From assembly GCA_945900455.1 (NCBI GenBank), contig CAMDJH010000003.1:5006-69005 (forward strand): a DNA stretch of 64,000 nt, given 5' to 3'. This document shows, in pieces, positions 9,365 to 19,000 of this stretch; within the stretch, counting starts at the first letter, position 1, and the number at the start of each line of letters is the position of its first letter. Position numbers and translations under genes: made by a program. The DNA comes from Akkermansia muciniphila. Lineage in GTDB: Bacteria; Verrucomicrobiota; Verrucomicrobiia; Limisphaerales; UBA9464. The notes beneath the pieces were generated by a model that worked only from the letters and a program-made list of their open reading frames with translations, was not told where the DNA came from and ran no database searches.

Positions 9365-10671
9365 ACAACGAGCCGGCCGTGAGACAGAGTGGTTCTCCGG
9401 AAACGCCGGATGGGAGAATGCCTCGGGGCCTCGTCGGCCTGCTCATGGCTTTCAGTTTTCTCAGTTATTTCAATCGCACCAGCATGTCAGAAGCCGGTGC
9501 TGGCAAGATCATTCCCGAAGGCATCCTCACGGAAAGCCAGATGGGAGACATCTACTCGGCGTTGCTGGTCGCTTATACCGTTTTCATGTTGCCCGGCGGT
9601 TGGTTGACGGACCGTGCGGGCCCGCGGGTGGCTCTTATTGTGATGGGGCTTGGCACGGCATTCTTTGCAACCATGACGGGAGCGATCGGGCAGTTTCTTG
9701 TTCCGGCGACCGGACTGTTTGCCGGACTTCTGATCACGCGGGCTTTGATGGGCATATTCACCGCGCCGATCTATCCTGCCTCCGGCAGAATGGTCTCGAT
9801 TACGGTGCCTGCGAGGCGCCGGGCGGAGGCAAACGGACTGATCCTGGGGACCGCTTTGCTAGGCAGCGCCGCGGCTCCGTTCGCTTTCGGATTTCTGATG
9901 GACCGACTCAACTGGCCCGGCACCTTCGTTTTCATGGGGGGCGTCACGGGTGCCCTGGCACTTCTTTGGATGTTCGCCACCCGCCGTCGATCGTCGGAGA
10001 TTTCGACCGTAACTTCCGTCGTCAACGACGGCGAGCAGTACGCACCCTGGTGGAGCCTGCTGCGCTGTCGAAGGGTACTCTTCCTAACCGCCGCCTACGC
10101 CTTCATTGGTTACTATCAGAACCTGTTCGTTTACTGGAGTCACAGCTACTTCGACAATGTGATGCATCTGGACAAGGTGACGGGCCGGGCATATACGACT
10201 GTGTTATACTTAGCGACGGCTTTCGGTATGTTTTCCGGGGGATTTCTGGCTGACTGGCTGGGTCGGAAGGCTGGATCGAGCCAGGCCCGGTCCCGACTGC
10301 AGGTGGCGATTTCCGGACTCCTCGGTGGGGCCGTATTCTTGAGCGTAGGGCTCTCCGTGAGTCAGCCGATTTGGGTCGTCACAAGTCTGGCGTTGGCCTG
10401 GGCGGCCTTGGGACTCGTTGAGGGACCGCTCTGGGCCATGGCGGTCGAGTCCGGAGGCCGACGCGGTGGCAGTGCCGGAGCCATTTTCAACACCGGCGGC
10501 AATTTCGGCGGCATCTTCTCGCCCGCCATCACGCCGCGCCTAGCCGCCGCCTTCGGATGGACTGCGGCGGTGTCCGTCGCGGTAGGGGCCTGTCTAGTTG
10601 CCATCGTCTTTCTGATCCTGGCCATCTCGAGCAAGCCGGCTGCGAGAAGCCAGAAAATTGGATCGGCTTAG
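9361..10671 (+). CDS. MFS transporter (ACS/sugar-acid transporter-like)
   Basis: The start overlaps the dehydratase stop (ATGA at 9361-9364). About 12 hydrophobic segments. 'FLSYFNRTSMS...MLPGGWLTDRAGPRV' is the MFS loop 2-3 motif region. The pairing mirrors rhmD-rhmT in E. coli. Confidence 0.8.
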   Translation: MNNEPAVRQSGSPETPDGRMPRGLVGLLMAFSFLSYFNRTSMSEAGAGKIIPEGILTESQMGDIYSALLVAYTVFMLPGGWLTDRAGPRVALIVMGLGTAFFATMTGAIGQFLVPATGLFAGLLITRALMGIFTAPIYPASGRMVSITVPARRRAEANGLILGTALLGSAAAPFAFGFLMDRLNWPGTFVFMGGVTGALALLWMFATRRRSSEISTVTSVVNDGEQYAPWWSLLRCRRVLFLTAAYAFIGYYQNLFVYWSHSYFDNVMHLDKVTGRAYTTVLYLATAFGMFSGGFLADWLGRKAGSSQARSRLQVAISGLLGGAVFLSVGLSVSQPIWVVTSLALAWAALGLVEGPLWAMAVESGGRRGGSAGAIFNTGGNFGGIFSPAITPRLAAAFGWTAAVSVAVGACLVAIVFLILAISSKPAARSQKIGSA

Positions 10672-10679
10672 GACTCTTA

Positions 10680-11797
10680 TCAGTCGTTGCATAAGTACGT
10701 GCATACTACTCAATCGCCGCGTAGAGCGTGTCCTTTAGCTTGAAGAACGATTTCACCAGTTCGACGTTGTGTTGAATCGATAGCATCGTCGATTTGACCG
10801 CCGCTTTCATCGTTACTTTAGAATCCAGAAATAACCGTCCCAGTCGTGCTTTAGCATTGTTCCATACTTGTTCGTCGGGATTGAGCTCCGGGCTATAAGG
10901 CGGTAGGTTCGCAACGGTCACTTCCCCAGGATGAGCAGCCTGATACTTCTGAACAGGTTTGCCGTGGTGGTAAGACGCATTGTCGGCTATGACAATAATT
11001 GGGCGACCCGCATCGCGACGAAGCTTTTCCAGGAATTCTACAAACCGATCACCGTCCATTGTTCCCTCAAAGCAACCGAACTTCATATCCCCTCGCGGGC
11101 TCACCGCACTGATGAGACGAACTCCAAATCGATCTCCGGTATCCCGCACCACTGGAGTTTCTCCCGATTTGCCCCAGGTAGTTCCGCGGTGGGAATCTGA
11201 GCGAATCGAGGCTTCGTCGACGAAAAAGATCAGTGCCCCGGTGCGGCGAGCTTGTTCTCGAAGCCCTGGATAGGTTTTTTCGAGAAACTCACGCATCTCC
11301 TTTTGGTTTTGTTTGAAGCTTTTATAGAGAGGCCTCTGCGGGGTTAGACCCAATTGTTGCAGCAGGCGGCACACGGCGCTCTTGCTCAGAATGATTCCGT
11401 GCTCTTGTTTGAGCATCTGCCGAATGATTCCAAGCGTCCATAGGCAGAATTCAAATTGATATTGGCGAGGGTTACCGAGGGTAATTGCCCGGTAGATCCA
11501 TTTCATTATCGCGCCGTTTACCTTCTTGGGTCGTCCGCTTCGCCTTCCTTCAAGCAAGGCATCCCAACCACCTTGCCGATACCACGAGAGCCAATCAAAT
11601 ACGCTGCGGATCGCCACCCCAAAAACTCGAGCTACCACCGTCGGAGACTCCCCTCGCTGCACCGCAGCAACAACATCCTTCCGCTTTTGAAAGCGGGCAT
11701 TCTCAACTTCAGTCGCAACTTTCTTAACTTTGCTCAGTGCCACGAAGCTTTCATAGCCTATCCTTTCGATGAATGCACGTACTTTCGCAACGACTGA
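10680..11797 (-). mobile_element. IS630-family insertion sequence, intact (1,118 bp)
   Basis: The 25-bp terminal inverted repeats are tcagtcgttgcATaagtacgtgcat (10680-10704) and the reverse complement of 11773-11797, tcagtcgttgcGAaagtacgtgcat, with 2 mismatches. The element is flanked by TA at 10678-10679 and 11798-11799, the classic IS630/Tc1 target duplication. It carries a single transposase ORF. Confidence 0.85.
10706..11743 (-). CDS. IS630-family DDE transposase
   Basis: 345 aa. It has an N-terminal HTH region ('VVARVFGVAIRSVFDWLSWY') and DDE_3-type catalytic core motifs 'IFFVDEASIRSD', 'IIVIADNASYHH' and 'LPPYSPELNPDEQVWN'. Confidence 0.9.
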   Translation of the reverse strand: MALSKVKKVATEVENARFQKRKDVVAAVQRGESPTVVARVFGVAIRSVFDWLSWYRQGGWDALLEGRRSGRPKKVNGAIMKWIYRAITLGNPRQYQFEFCLWTLGIIRQMLKQEHGIILSKSAVCRLLQQLGLTPQRPLYKSFKQNQKEMREFLEKTYPGLREQARRTGALIFFVDEASIRSDSHRGTTWGKSGETPVVRDTGDRFGVRLISAVSPRGDMKFGCFEGTMDGDRFVEFLEKLRRDAGRPIIVIADNASYHHGKPVQKYQAAHPGEVTVANLPPYSPELNPDEQVWNNAKARLGRLFLDSKVTMKAAVKSTMLSIQHNVELVKSFFKLKDTLYAAIE

Positions 11798-11799
11798 TA

Positions 11800-12030
11800 T
11801 TCAACCTATTAATCCGGGCTTCCTCGCCGGGATTGCCACTGCACCGGCGTGGGCCGCAGCGCCCGCTCCGTGTCTGCCACCCCTCCCAACATTGTCAGCA
11901 TTGTCTCGGATGACCTTGGCTATGCCGACCTCGGAGTCCAAGGGTGCCGCGATATTCCAACGCCTCGAAACGACTCGATCGCGAGGACTCGGCCGGAGGG
12001 AGACTGGTTTGCCGAGCCATTTTCTATGAC
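11800..12030 (+). pseudogene. Remnant of a sulfatase gene (signal-peptide and N-terminal stub, frameshifted)
   Basis: One frame gives the signal-like 'GFLAGIATAPAWAAAPAP'. Another frame gives 'PPNIVSIVSDDLGYADLGVQGCRDIPTP', the conserved sulfatase opening. There is no C/S-x-P-x-R active-site motif, and the reading dies before mutM. The IS630 abuts the 5' side. Confidence 0.55.
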
Positions 12031-12089
12031 TCTCGACGGGCTAAGCTACCTCGAGTACGGTTCCGGGAAAATGCCATCAACCTTCTCAA

Positions 12090-12905
12090 ATGCCTGAACT
12101 TGCTGAGGTAGAATTCTTTCGTCGGCGCTGGAATCCCGGCCTGAAGAAGGCGGTTCGATCGGTGCACTTAAATCCCAAGGCCCGCGTCGGACGTGGACTC
12201 GCCGTTAAGATACTCAGCCACGCGTTGGTTGGAAAAATGCTCGAATCTTCTTTGGCGGCCGCGAAGCAGATGGCGTTTCGATTTGAGGGTGGAGCTTGGG
12301 TGGGTGTTCATCTCGGCATGACGGGTCGGCTCGAGTGTGGGAATGCGAAGCGCGCCCCGACGCCTCATGATCATTTCGTGCTCACGATGAGTGGCGGGAC
12401 GGAATTGGTCTTCGTTGATCCGCGGCAGTTTGGACGCATCCTCTTTTGGCAAGGTGATGGCCTACCGCCTTGGTGGGAGAAAATCCCACCGGCAATTTTA
12501 TCCGACGCATTTACAGTGGACGTGGTCCATGCGTTTCTCCGCCGTCGCGCCCGAACACCCATTAAGGCCGTCCTCCTCATGCAGGAACGGTTTCCAGGAA
12601 TTGGTAACTGGATGGCGGATGAAGTGCTTTGGAGGGCCGGCTTTCACCCCAAGGCGAAGGCCGGTGGTTTTGGCCCCAAGGCAGTGCGCAAACTCCACAC
12701 TACGCTCCACCAAGTTTGCACGGATGCGATGGATGTCATTGGGACGAATTGGTCGGATCCGCCCGATTCTTGGCTCTTCAATCACCGCTGGAAAGAAGGT
12801 GGCCGCTGCCCACGTTCCAAGAAACCGTTAGTGCGCGAAAACGTCGGCGGACGGACAACCTGCTGGTCTCCCGAACGTCAGAAGCTCGGCGCCGAACGCT
12901 CCTGA
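12090..12905 (+). CDS. mutM: Formamidopyrimidine-DNA glycosylase (Fpg/Nei family)
   Basis: The N-terminus 'MPELAEVE' carries the catalytic Pro2/Glu3. The length is 271 aa. An H2TH-like region 'IKAVLLMQERFPGIGNWMADEVLWRAGFHP' is present. The C-terminal finger region exists but lacks most canonical Cys residues (see finding). Confidence 0.8.
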   Translation: MPELAEVEFFRRRWNPGLKKAVRSVHLNPKARVGRGLAVKILSHALVGKMLESSLAAAKQMAFRFEGGAWVGVHLGMTGRLECGNAKRAPTPHDHFVLTMSGGTELVFVDPRQFGRILFWQGDGLPPWWEKIPPAILSDAFTVDVVHAFLRRRARTPIKAVLLMQERFPGIGNWMADEVLWRAGFHPKAKAGGFGPKAVRKLHTTLHQVCTDAMDVIGTNWSDPPDSWLFNHRWKEGGRCPRSKKPLVRENVGGRTTCWSPERQKLGAERS

Positions 12906-12937
12906 CCTTTCCGCCTTACAAGCCCCTGAGCGGAGGA

Positions 12938-14881
12938 TTATCCCGAACAACACGGACTTTTGCCCGCCGACTTCTTCGCTGACGGCGGCACATCATTCGC
13001 CGGGTTCTCCTTAAAGAATCCATTCGGCTTCAGCATAAAGCCGATGTACGCCGTCGGCATCACCGGGTAGTCCTCCGGCCGCGGCAGGTGGGTGTGGCCA
13101 AAGGTGTACCAGAGGACGACATCGGTGTTGGCCAGCTTGCGGTCCGCTTCCGTCCAGCGGATGAGACCGTCGCCCGGTTGGCTCTGGTTCGGATAGTTGC
13201 CAGCGGCATGGCGTTCCTCTTCCCGATAGGGCGTGACCCAGACATGGTGATCGACGAAGCCGGCGCGTTTCCGCCACCACGCGTTCTTTGACGCGTACGG
13301 AAAGCAATTATCGCCCGGGAAAAACTTGTAACCCACCGGTTCGCCGACGGCGTTCTTGACGTTCGGATTTACGATCTTCCAGGTACGCGCGGACTCAAGG
13401 TTCAGGGATGCCCGCGCCTCCTTTTCGCTTTCCAACCGCCGCGCCTGCGCGGTGAATGCGTTCTCGAACGGGTTCTCCGGCCCAAGCTTATCGGGAACCA
13501 CATCGATCTGGTATACGGAGTTGGCCGTGCCGTCGAGATCCACATCCAGGCGCATATTAAAGAAGTGCTGGTGATTCGGTGCGTAAAGCTGGGGTGCAAT
13601 CATGGACCCATAGGGGGACTTCTCGCCGGGGTGCAAGGCGCCGAGCGACAGGATGCCGGTCAGCTTGATCTCGAATTGAATGTTGCCGTCCTGGTAGAGG
13701 TACCAGAAAAAGCCGTACTCGTAGTTCTCAACCGTTGCGATCGACGAGATCACCAATCGGCGGGAGCGGCGCACCTCGGGCTTTGCAGGCAGGCGGCGAT
13801 CGGTGTGCTTCCAGAGGATCCCGAAATCCTCCTCGTGCATGCAGACCGCGTTCTTGATGGTCAACGGCTCGCCGCGGCTCGTGCAAAGATGGCCGTCGAA
13901 ATACTGGATCAGGCCAAGGCAGTCGCAACCCAACTCGAGACTGTTCGCGCAATAGCCGAGGCCGTATTCGCCAGCGTCGAACGCGTTCTTTCGCGCCTGT
14001 TGCGGAGCCGGGTCACCGTAGGGGACGACCATTTCAGAAAGCGAGCCACGATAGAGGACCGATCGCTTCCGGCCATTGTCTTCATAGCGAAGATGATTGA
14101 GCGTCAAGCCTTCGCGGGCATTGAATCCAACGACGAAGCTCCATTTCTGCCAGCGCACGACGTTTCCCTCGACTTCGAAGGTGGGCCCCGCGGGTTGCGT
14201 GATCTCCAACGGCTTGATGTCCGCGCGCATCGGGGTGACACGGTCGGCGGCGTAGTTTCCGCTTTGGGGCGGCAGCGGCCAATGTCCGTACTCCTCGATG
14301 CGGATCACTTTCATCGTGTTCAGATCAACCACGGGGCGCAATCCCTCGATCGGCTTGGCGTAGCCGTTGTCGGTCGGATCCGTGCGCAGGAAGCAAAGTG
14401 GCCGGGCAAGGCGGCGGGTGCGGTCTTCTTCCGAGCCGTAATTGCCGGCGCTCCAAATGTCGACCATGACGAGTCGGGTGTCGTCGATGCCATACTGTTT
14501 CTTGAGAGCGGCTTTGAACTCAGGACTGGCGAGCACGGCCTGCTCGCATTCGACCTGCTCGTCGGCCGTCATGGTGGGCTGCACGTCGGGGATGTGCTGG
14601 TGGAAGAGCAGTCGGCGATCCGTCAGCGATACGGCCGTCTCGAAGCACGAGTTGGTGGAGTTGTCGAACAGGACGGCGAAGGCCTCGCGCGCGAAGGCCC
14701 CACGACGGCCGTCCGGAGAGTTGTCGAAATTGTGCACCAACGCCTTGTCCGGCTCCTTCAGGCTGACGGAGATGAAGCGCGTCGTCGGGGTGATCTTGCC
14801 GGCGTCCCTGAGCAACTTGACGGCGAGTTGAACTTCCTCGGCGGTCAGGGGTTCGAGCGGATGATGGATCGGTGTGTTCAT
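12938..14881 (-). CDS. Copper-containing primary amine oxidase (TPQ enzyme)
   Basis: The ATG at 14881 gives 'MNTPIHHPLEPLTAEEV'. The TPQ consensus 'TVENYEYGFFW' and copper-ligand region 'APNHQHFFNMRLDVDLDG' are present, along with 'WYTFGHTHLPRPEDYPVMP'. No obvious signal peptide. Confidence 0.9.
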   Translation of the reverse strand: MNTPIHHPLEPLTAEEVQLAVKLLRDAGKITPTTRFISVSLKEPDKALVHNFDNSPDGRRGAFAREAFAVLFDNSTNSCFETAVSLTDRRLLFHQHIPDVQPTMTADEQVECEQAVLASPEFKAALKKQYGIDDTRLVMVDIWSAGNYGSEEDRTRRLARPLCFLRTDPTDNGYAKPIEGLRPVVDLNTMKVIRIEEYGHWPLPPQSGNYAADRVTPMRADIKPLEITQPAGPTFEVEGNVVRWQKWSFVVGFNAREGLTLNHLRYEDNGRKRSVLYRGSLSEMVVPYGDPAPQQARKNAFDAGEYGLGYCANSLELGCDCLGLIQYFDGHLCTSRGEPLTIKNAVCMHEEDFGILWKHTDRRLPAKPEVRRSRRLVISSIATVENYEYGFFWYLYQDGNIQFEIKLTGILSLGALHPGEKSPYGSMIAPQLYAPNHQHFFNMRLDVDLDGTANSVYQIDVVPDKLGPENPFENAFTAQARRLESEKEARASLNLESARTWKIVNPNVKNAVGEPVGYKFFPGDNCFPYASKNAWWRKRAGFVDHHVWVTPYREEERHAAGNYPNQSQPGDGLIRWTEADRKLANTDVVLWYTFGHTHLPRPEDYPVMPTAYIGFMLKPNGFFKENPANDVPPSAKKSAGKSPCCSG

Positions 14882-15112
14882 GATGATTACGCGATTGAAA
14901 GTGGTCGAACGTCCTCGCAGCGTCAAACAACTCATCCGGTGTCTGAGTAATTGAGTTGCAGACGGCCATCGCCAGACATCGTCTTGTTTCGTGTCATCTG
15001 CTTCATCAATTCCTCCCGCATGAGCCAGAGCACTCCCGAGATCGGGATGAGCGGTCGACCGATATTTACCTCAGATATCGCACGAGTGCTGTTTTTCTGT
15101 TATACAACGCCC

Positions 15113-15967
15113 ATGGAAATGAATTCATCACGAGGGTCGAGCGGGCGCGGGCGCGCCCTGAGGTTCATGGTCCCCATCGTGATTGCAATTGGGCTCGCCA
15201 TCTTCAGATACGCCTCGGCTCCCACCGTGATTGACACGGAGACCGGCAGGAAGATTCGCGGTTCGCTCACGGATCAGCAGGGTGAGACCCTTGGGCTGCA
15301 AAGTTTTCAAGAGGTTCTGCGCAGCGAACGGGTGGTGCCGTCGGGCCCCGCGGCGGATCAAGTGATCCGGGTGGCGAAACGGTTGATCGAGATCGTCCGC
15401 CAAGCCGAGCCCGGTTTTGACTGGAAGGTGAGCGTCGTAGACAGCCCGCAGGTCAACGCATTTTGCCTCCCCGGTGGCAAGATCGTGGTCTATACCGGTT
15501 TATTGCCGGTGGCAAAGAACGACGACGGGCTGGCGGTCGTGATGGGCCATGAGATTGCCCACGCGGTGCTGCGACACAGTTCACAGCGGATGCTGAAGAC
15601 CGAGGTGCTCAACACCGTAATGCAGGGGGCTTCCGCGGCCGTGGCTTTGGGTGACATGAGCTTGGAGCAGCGGCGGGTTGTGATGGGGGCTCTCGGATTG
15701 GGCACCCAGTTCGGCGTCCTGATGCCTTTCAGTCGGGATCATGAGACCGATGCCGATGAGCGCGGTCTCTTGTACGCCGCGCGAGCGGGATACAACCCGC
15801 AGGAGGCCGTGGGATTCTGGGAACGGATGTCGGCCGCGGGCAGCGGCGGACAACCGCCGGAATTCCTCAGCACGCACCCAAGTCATGGTTCTCGTATCGC
15901 ACATCTGAAGGAAATCATGCCGAAGGCGCTGGCGGAATATAGTCGAGCAACCGGCAAGCAACGGTGA
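15113..15967 (+). CDS. M48-family zinc metalloprotease
   Basis: The ATG at 15113 gives 'MEMNSS...FMVPIVIAIGLAIF', an N-terminal TM segment. The HExxH motif reads 'VMGHEIAHAVLRH'. Downstream are 'SRDHETDADERG' and 'LSTHPSHGSRIAHL', typical of M48 peptidases. Confidence 0.8.
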   Translation: MEMNSSRGSSGRGRALRFMVPIVIAIGLAIFRYASAPTVIDTETGRKIRGSLTDQQGETLGLQSFQEVLRSERVVPSGPAADQVIRVAKRLIEIVRQAEPGFDWKVSVVDSPQVNAFCLPGGKIVVYTGLLPVAKNDDGLAVVMGHEIAHAVLRHSSQRMLKTEVLNTVMQGASAAVALGDMSLEQRRVVMGALGLGTQFGVLMPFSRDHETDADERGLLYAARAGYNPQEAVGFWERMSAAGSGGQPPEFLSTHPSHGSRIAHLKEIMPKALAEYSRATGKQR

Positions 15968-16091
15968 CCGCAGGAAATCGGAATCGCTTTTCTCCAACGG
16001 ATATCTTGGTTCGGAGTGAGCGACTGCGGTCGACAGGCGGCGGGCGGCGGGGCACTGCGGCGCCAACGTTCAGAGTGTCGCTTGAAGGTGT

Positions 16092-19000
16092 TCAGGGGAA
16101 ACTGTTCAACCGATAGAACTTACTGGTTTCAAGGCCCAGGGGCAGCGGTTGACCAGAATGGACGTCGGGTAATCCCTCCCAGGGCCCAAGGGGTGATGTC
16201 GACGATTCCAGTCGAATATCGGCCGATTCATCCCATACCAGAGTAATCACGCCCGGCCCCAGGACCGATTGCACATTCAAAACCCGGCGGCATTCGACAA
16301 TCACCGGGAACGCGCATTCGATCGATTGTCCGTTTGCGAGCGGGAACCGACAGATGACGCTATTGGTTCCCGATGGGAAGAAGCTGCCCGAAGGGGGCAG
16401 GCAAAGAACTTCATTGCTGGTCACCGTGCACCCTTTGAGCAACCGGACAGGGTATGTCACGAAGGCACCATTGTTCGTCGTACACTGGGTCCGGATCTGT
16501 GTCGGGCAGTCCAGCCGAAACGGTCCGTTTGGATTAAGATCGATCACCACGAAAGGCACCACGCACATGCCCATGTTACCCCTCGCATCGGTGACGGTGA
16601 GCTTAATCAGCCAGGTGCCCACTCCGACGAGAGTGCCGGGAGGCGGGTTCTGCTGGACCTGGAACTCCCGCCCCAAATCACAGTTATCGGAAACCGTGGC
16701 CTGTCTCCTCAAGTCTGGTATCGGCGTCGTGCAACTCGCAACGTTGCTGGCGACGTCGGAATTCAGCTCGCGGCGAATCTCGTTCGTCGGACACTCGATG
16801 TGGGGCGGGGTTGTGTCACCGAAGAATAAGCACGCCGGCCAGGCATAGGATTCGTACTTGTTCCAGCCGTAAACAATGACTCCCACTGGGTGGGAAGCAG
16901 TCAGGGAATGGCGTCCGGCCGTCACCGGAATGCTCGCACAGACAAACGGCGTGCCCGGAATCGGCTGGAAAACGACAGCGGGGAGCACGCCGTCCAAGCG
17001 GAGGCTGGCGACGGCGGCCGCGGGTGACACCACATTGATAAAGTGCTTTAGAAATCCGGCGGCGGCGGTGCAAAAGACATGATTGCTGGTGTAAAGCGCG
17101 CGGCCCGGGACGGTGACCATGAACGGATCCGCATTCTCAACGTCATCGGCATCCGAGCTGTTGGCGTATTGGATTACCATCACGGGTTGAGAACTCAAGA
17201 TCCTCGCGGGCCCGGTGACAGATCGTTCGATAAATCCACCCCGATCCGGGATGTTGACCAAGATGCCATTGACCGAGGCCACGGTGTTGGATTGGGCAGC
17301 CACCACCCGGACCGTGTAGTTCGATCGAGTCGCCAGCGAATGGGTATAGTATTCCACCGTCCAACGATTCACGGGCAGCAGTTGCTCGACCAGATAGTCA
17401 CAAAAGAATGTGGTGGGGGAGCGGATGCTCGCACAACCGTGGCTTCCATATACTCCAATTGGCTTGTCCGATGTGATGAGTGTCCCGGTAAGATCTGCCG
17501 GTGAGCCATTGGTTTCCACGAGCTGATACACATCACCCGTGTTCAGGGAAATTGAATACGAAAACCCCGCATCATGACTCCCGACCACTGCGGAGGGCGT
17601 GATATTTACGGTGGTGTCATCTTCGGTTGCCACCAAGGCGAATTGGCTCCCGTTGAGCTCAGGCACCGCTCCAAAGACGTTGCTATATCCGACCACGATA
17701 TAGCTCGTTCCCAACACTTCCGTGGGCAGAGCCAGGTAACCGTCACTGCTGAACTGGACTTGATCCATGGCATGAACCGAGATCGCGTCCGTTGCCGTGA
17801 CATGAACCCCGCGATTCGTCACCAGGTCATTGAGGTCAGCCAAATCCGCCGCCCGCGGCAGCAGCACATGCAACAGCCCGCTCGGGGGAATCGGCGTGGT
17901 CGGATTGAAGCCCAGGCCGGGGATCTCCACAGTAACCAGCGCGCCAGGGTTGCCCAGCACACAAAGCTGAGGCGCCGGCGGATTGGCCGGATCGGGCGCG
18001 TAGTTTCCGGGGAACGTCAGCCAGAAATCCCGACCTGTGCAGCTGAGATCACACCGTTCTTGCAAGACTCGCACCCGATGATCCTCAACCTCTCCATCCT
18101 CGGCCAGTCCGGTGGGAGACAAGCCCCCTTTGCTGCTGAAGCGGAAGCGAGTATAGGTTGATCCAGCGTGAGCGGCGCCGGGCACTAGAAACGTGAGCAC
18201 ATTCGTGCCGGCAACCAGCGATTGGCCGTTGAATATTTGATCCGCCCCATCCGTCCAGTTGCCATTCTGGGCAAAATCAACCCAGGCATCGAGCCGGCCG
18301 GGGGCACTGGCCACGACTTCCACGCTCGCAAAATGCCCGGGCGCCAGCGCACCCAGGAATCTCACCCCGTCTTCGTCGTCCAATCCACTCGGATTGAAGT
18401 CATCGCCACCGGAGCTCGCGGTTGGCTGACCGTCCGGCTCGACATCCACTCGTTGGCCCAAATAGAAGCCCGTCACCTTGCGATGGCGCGCCCCGTTGCG
18501 GGCAAGCGTCGTCGGATATCCCCCGCCCCCGGCACCCACCACATTCGGATCCTCGGGCGCATCACCAAAATCGAACGGCTCCTCGGCCGTGACTTTTACC
18601 GGATAGTCCTCAACCTCACCGGAGAGCGCCAGGCCATCGAATGAAGGCACGCCAGCAAGCGAGAAGCGAAAGCGTGCAAACGTTGAGCCTTCTTTGGCCG
18701 CGGCCGGGACCTGAAAGGTGAGGGTGTTAGGGCCACTGCCAATTAGAAGGTTGTTGAAAATGAGATCGGCCGGTTCCGCCCACGACCCATTTCGATCAAA
18801 ATCGATCCAGGCATCGAGTCGGCCGCGAGTCGAGGCTGTGACCATGACTAATGCAGTGGCACCCGCTTTGATGGGTGAGAGGAAGGTCACCCCATCCTCA
18901 TCCTTGAGGGCGGGGTTCGGTTGGTTGTCATCTCCCAAGGCACCCGAGTCCGGCTGGCCATCCGACTCCACATCAACGCGACTCCCGAGAAACACATCCG

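Noticed and set aside
12938-12960. C-terminal 'SPCCSG' tail of the amine oxidase as a lipidation or metal-binding motif
   Set aside because: It is not a CaaX or lipobox context and has no supporting neighbours. It is most likely a non-conserved tail.
13565-14950. 461-aa plus-strand ORF overlapping the amine oxidase gene
   Set aside because: The opposite strand encodes a full-length copper amine oxidase with the TPQ and His-ligand motifs. This ORF is a low-complexity antisense artefact.
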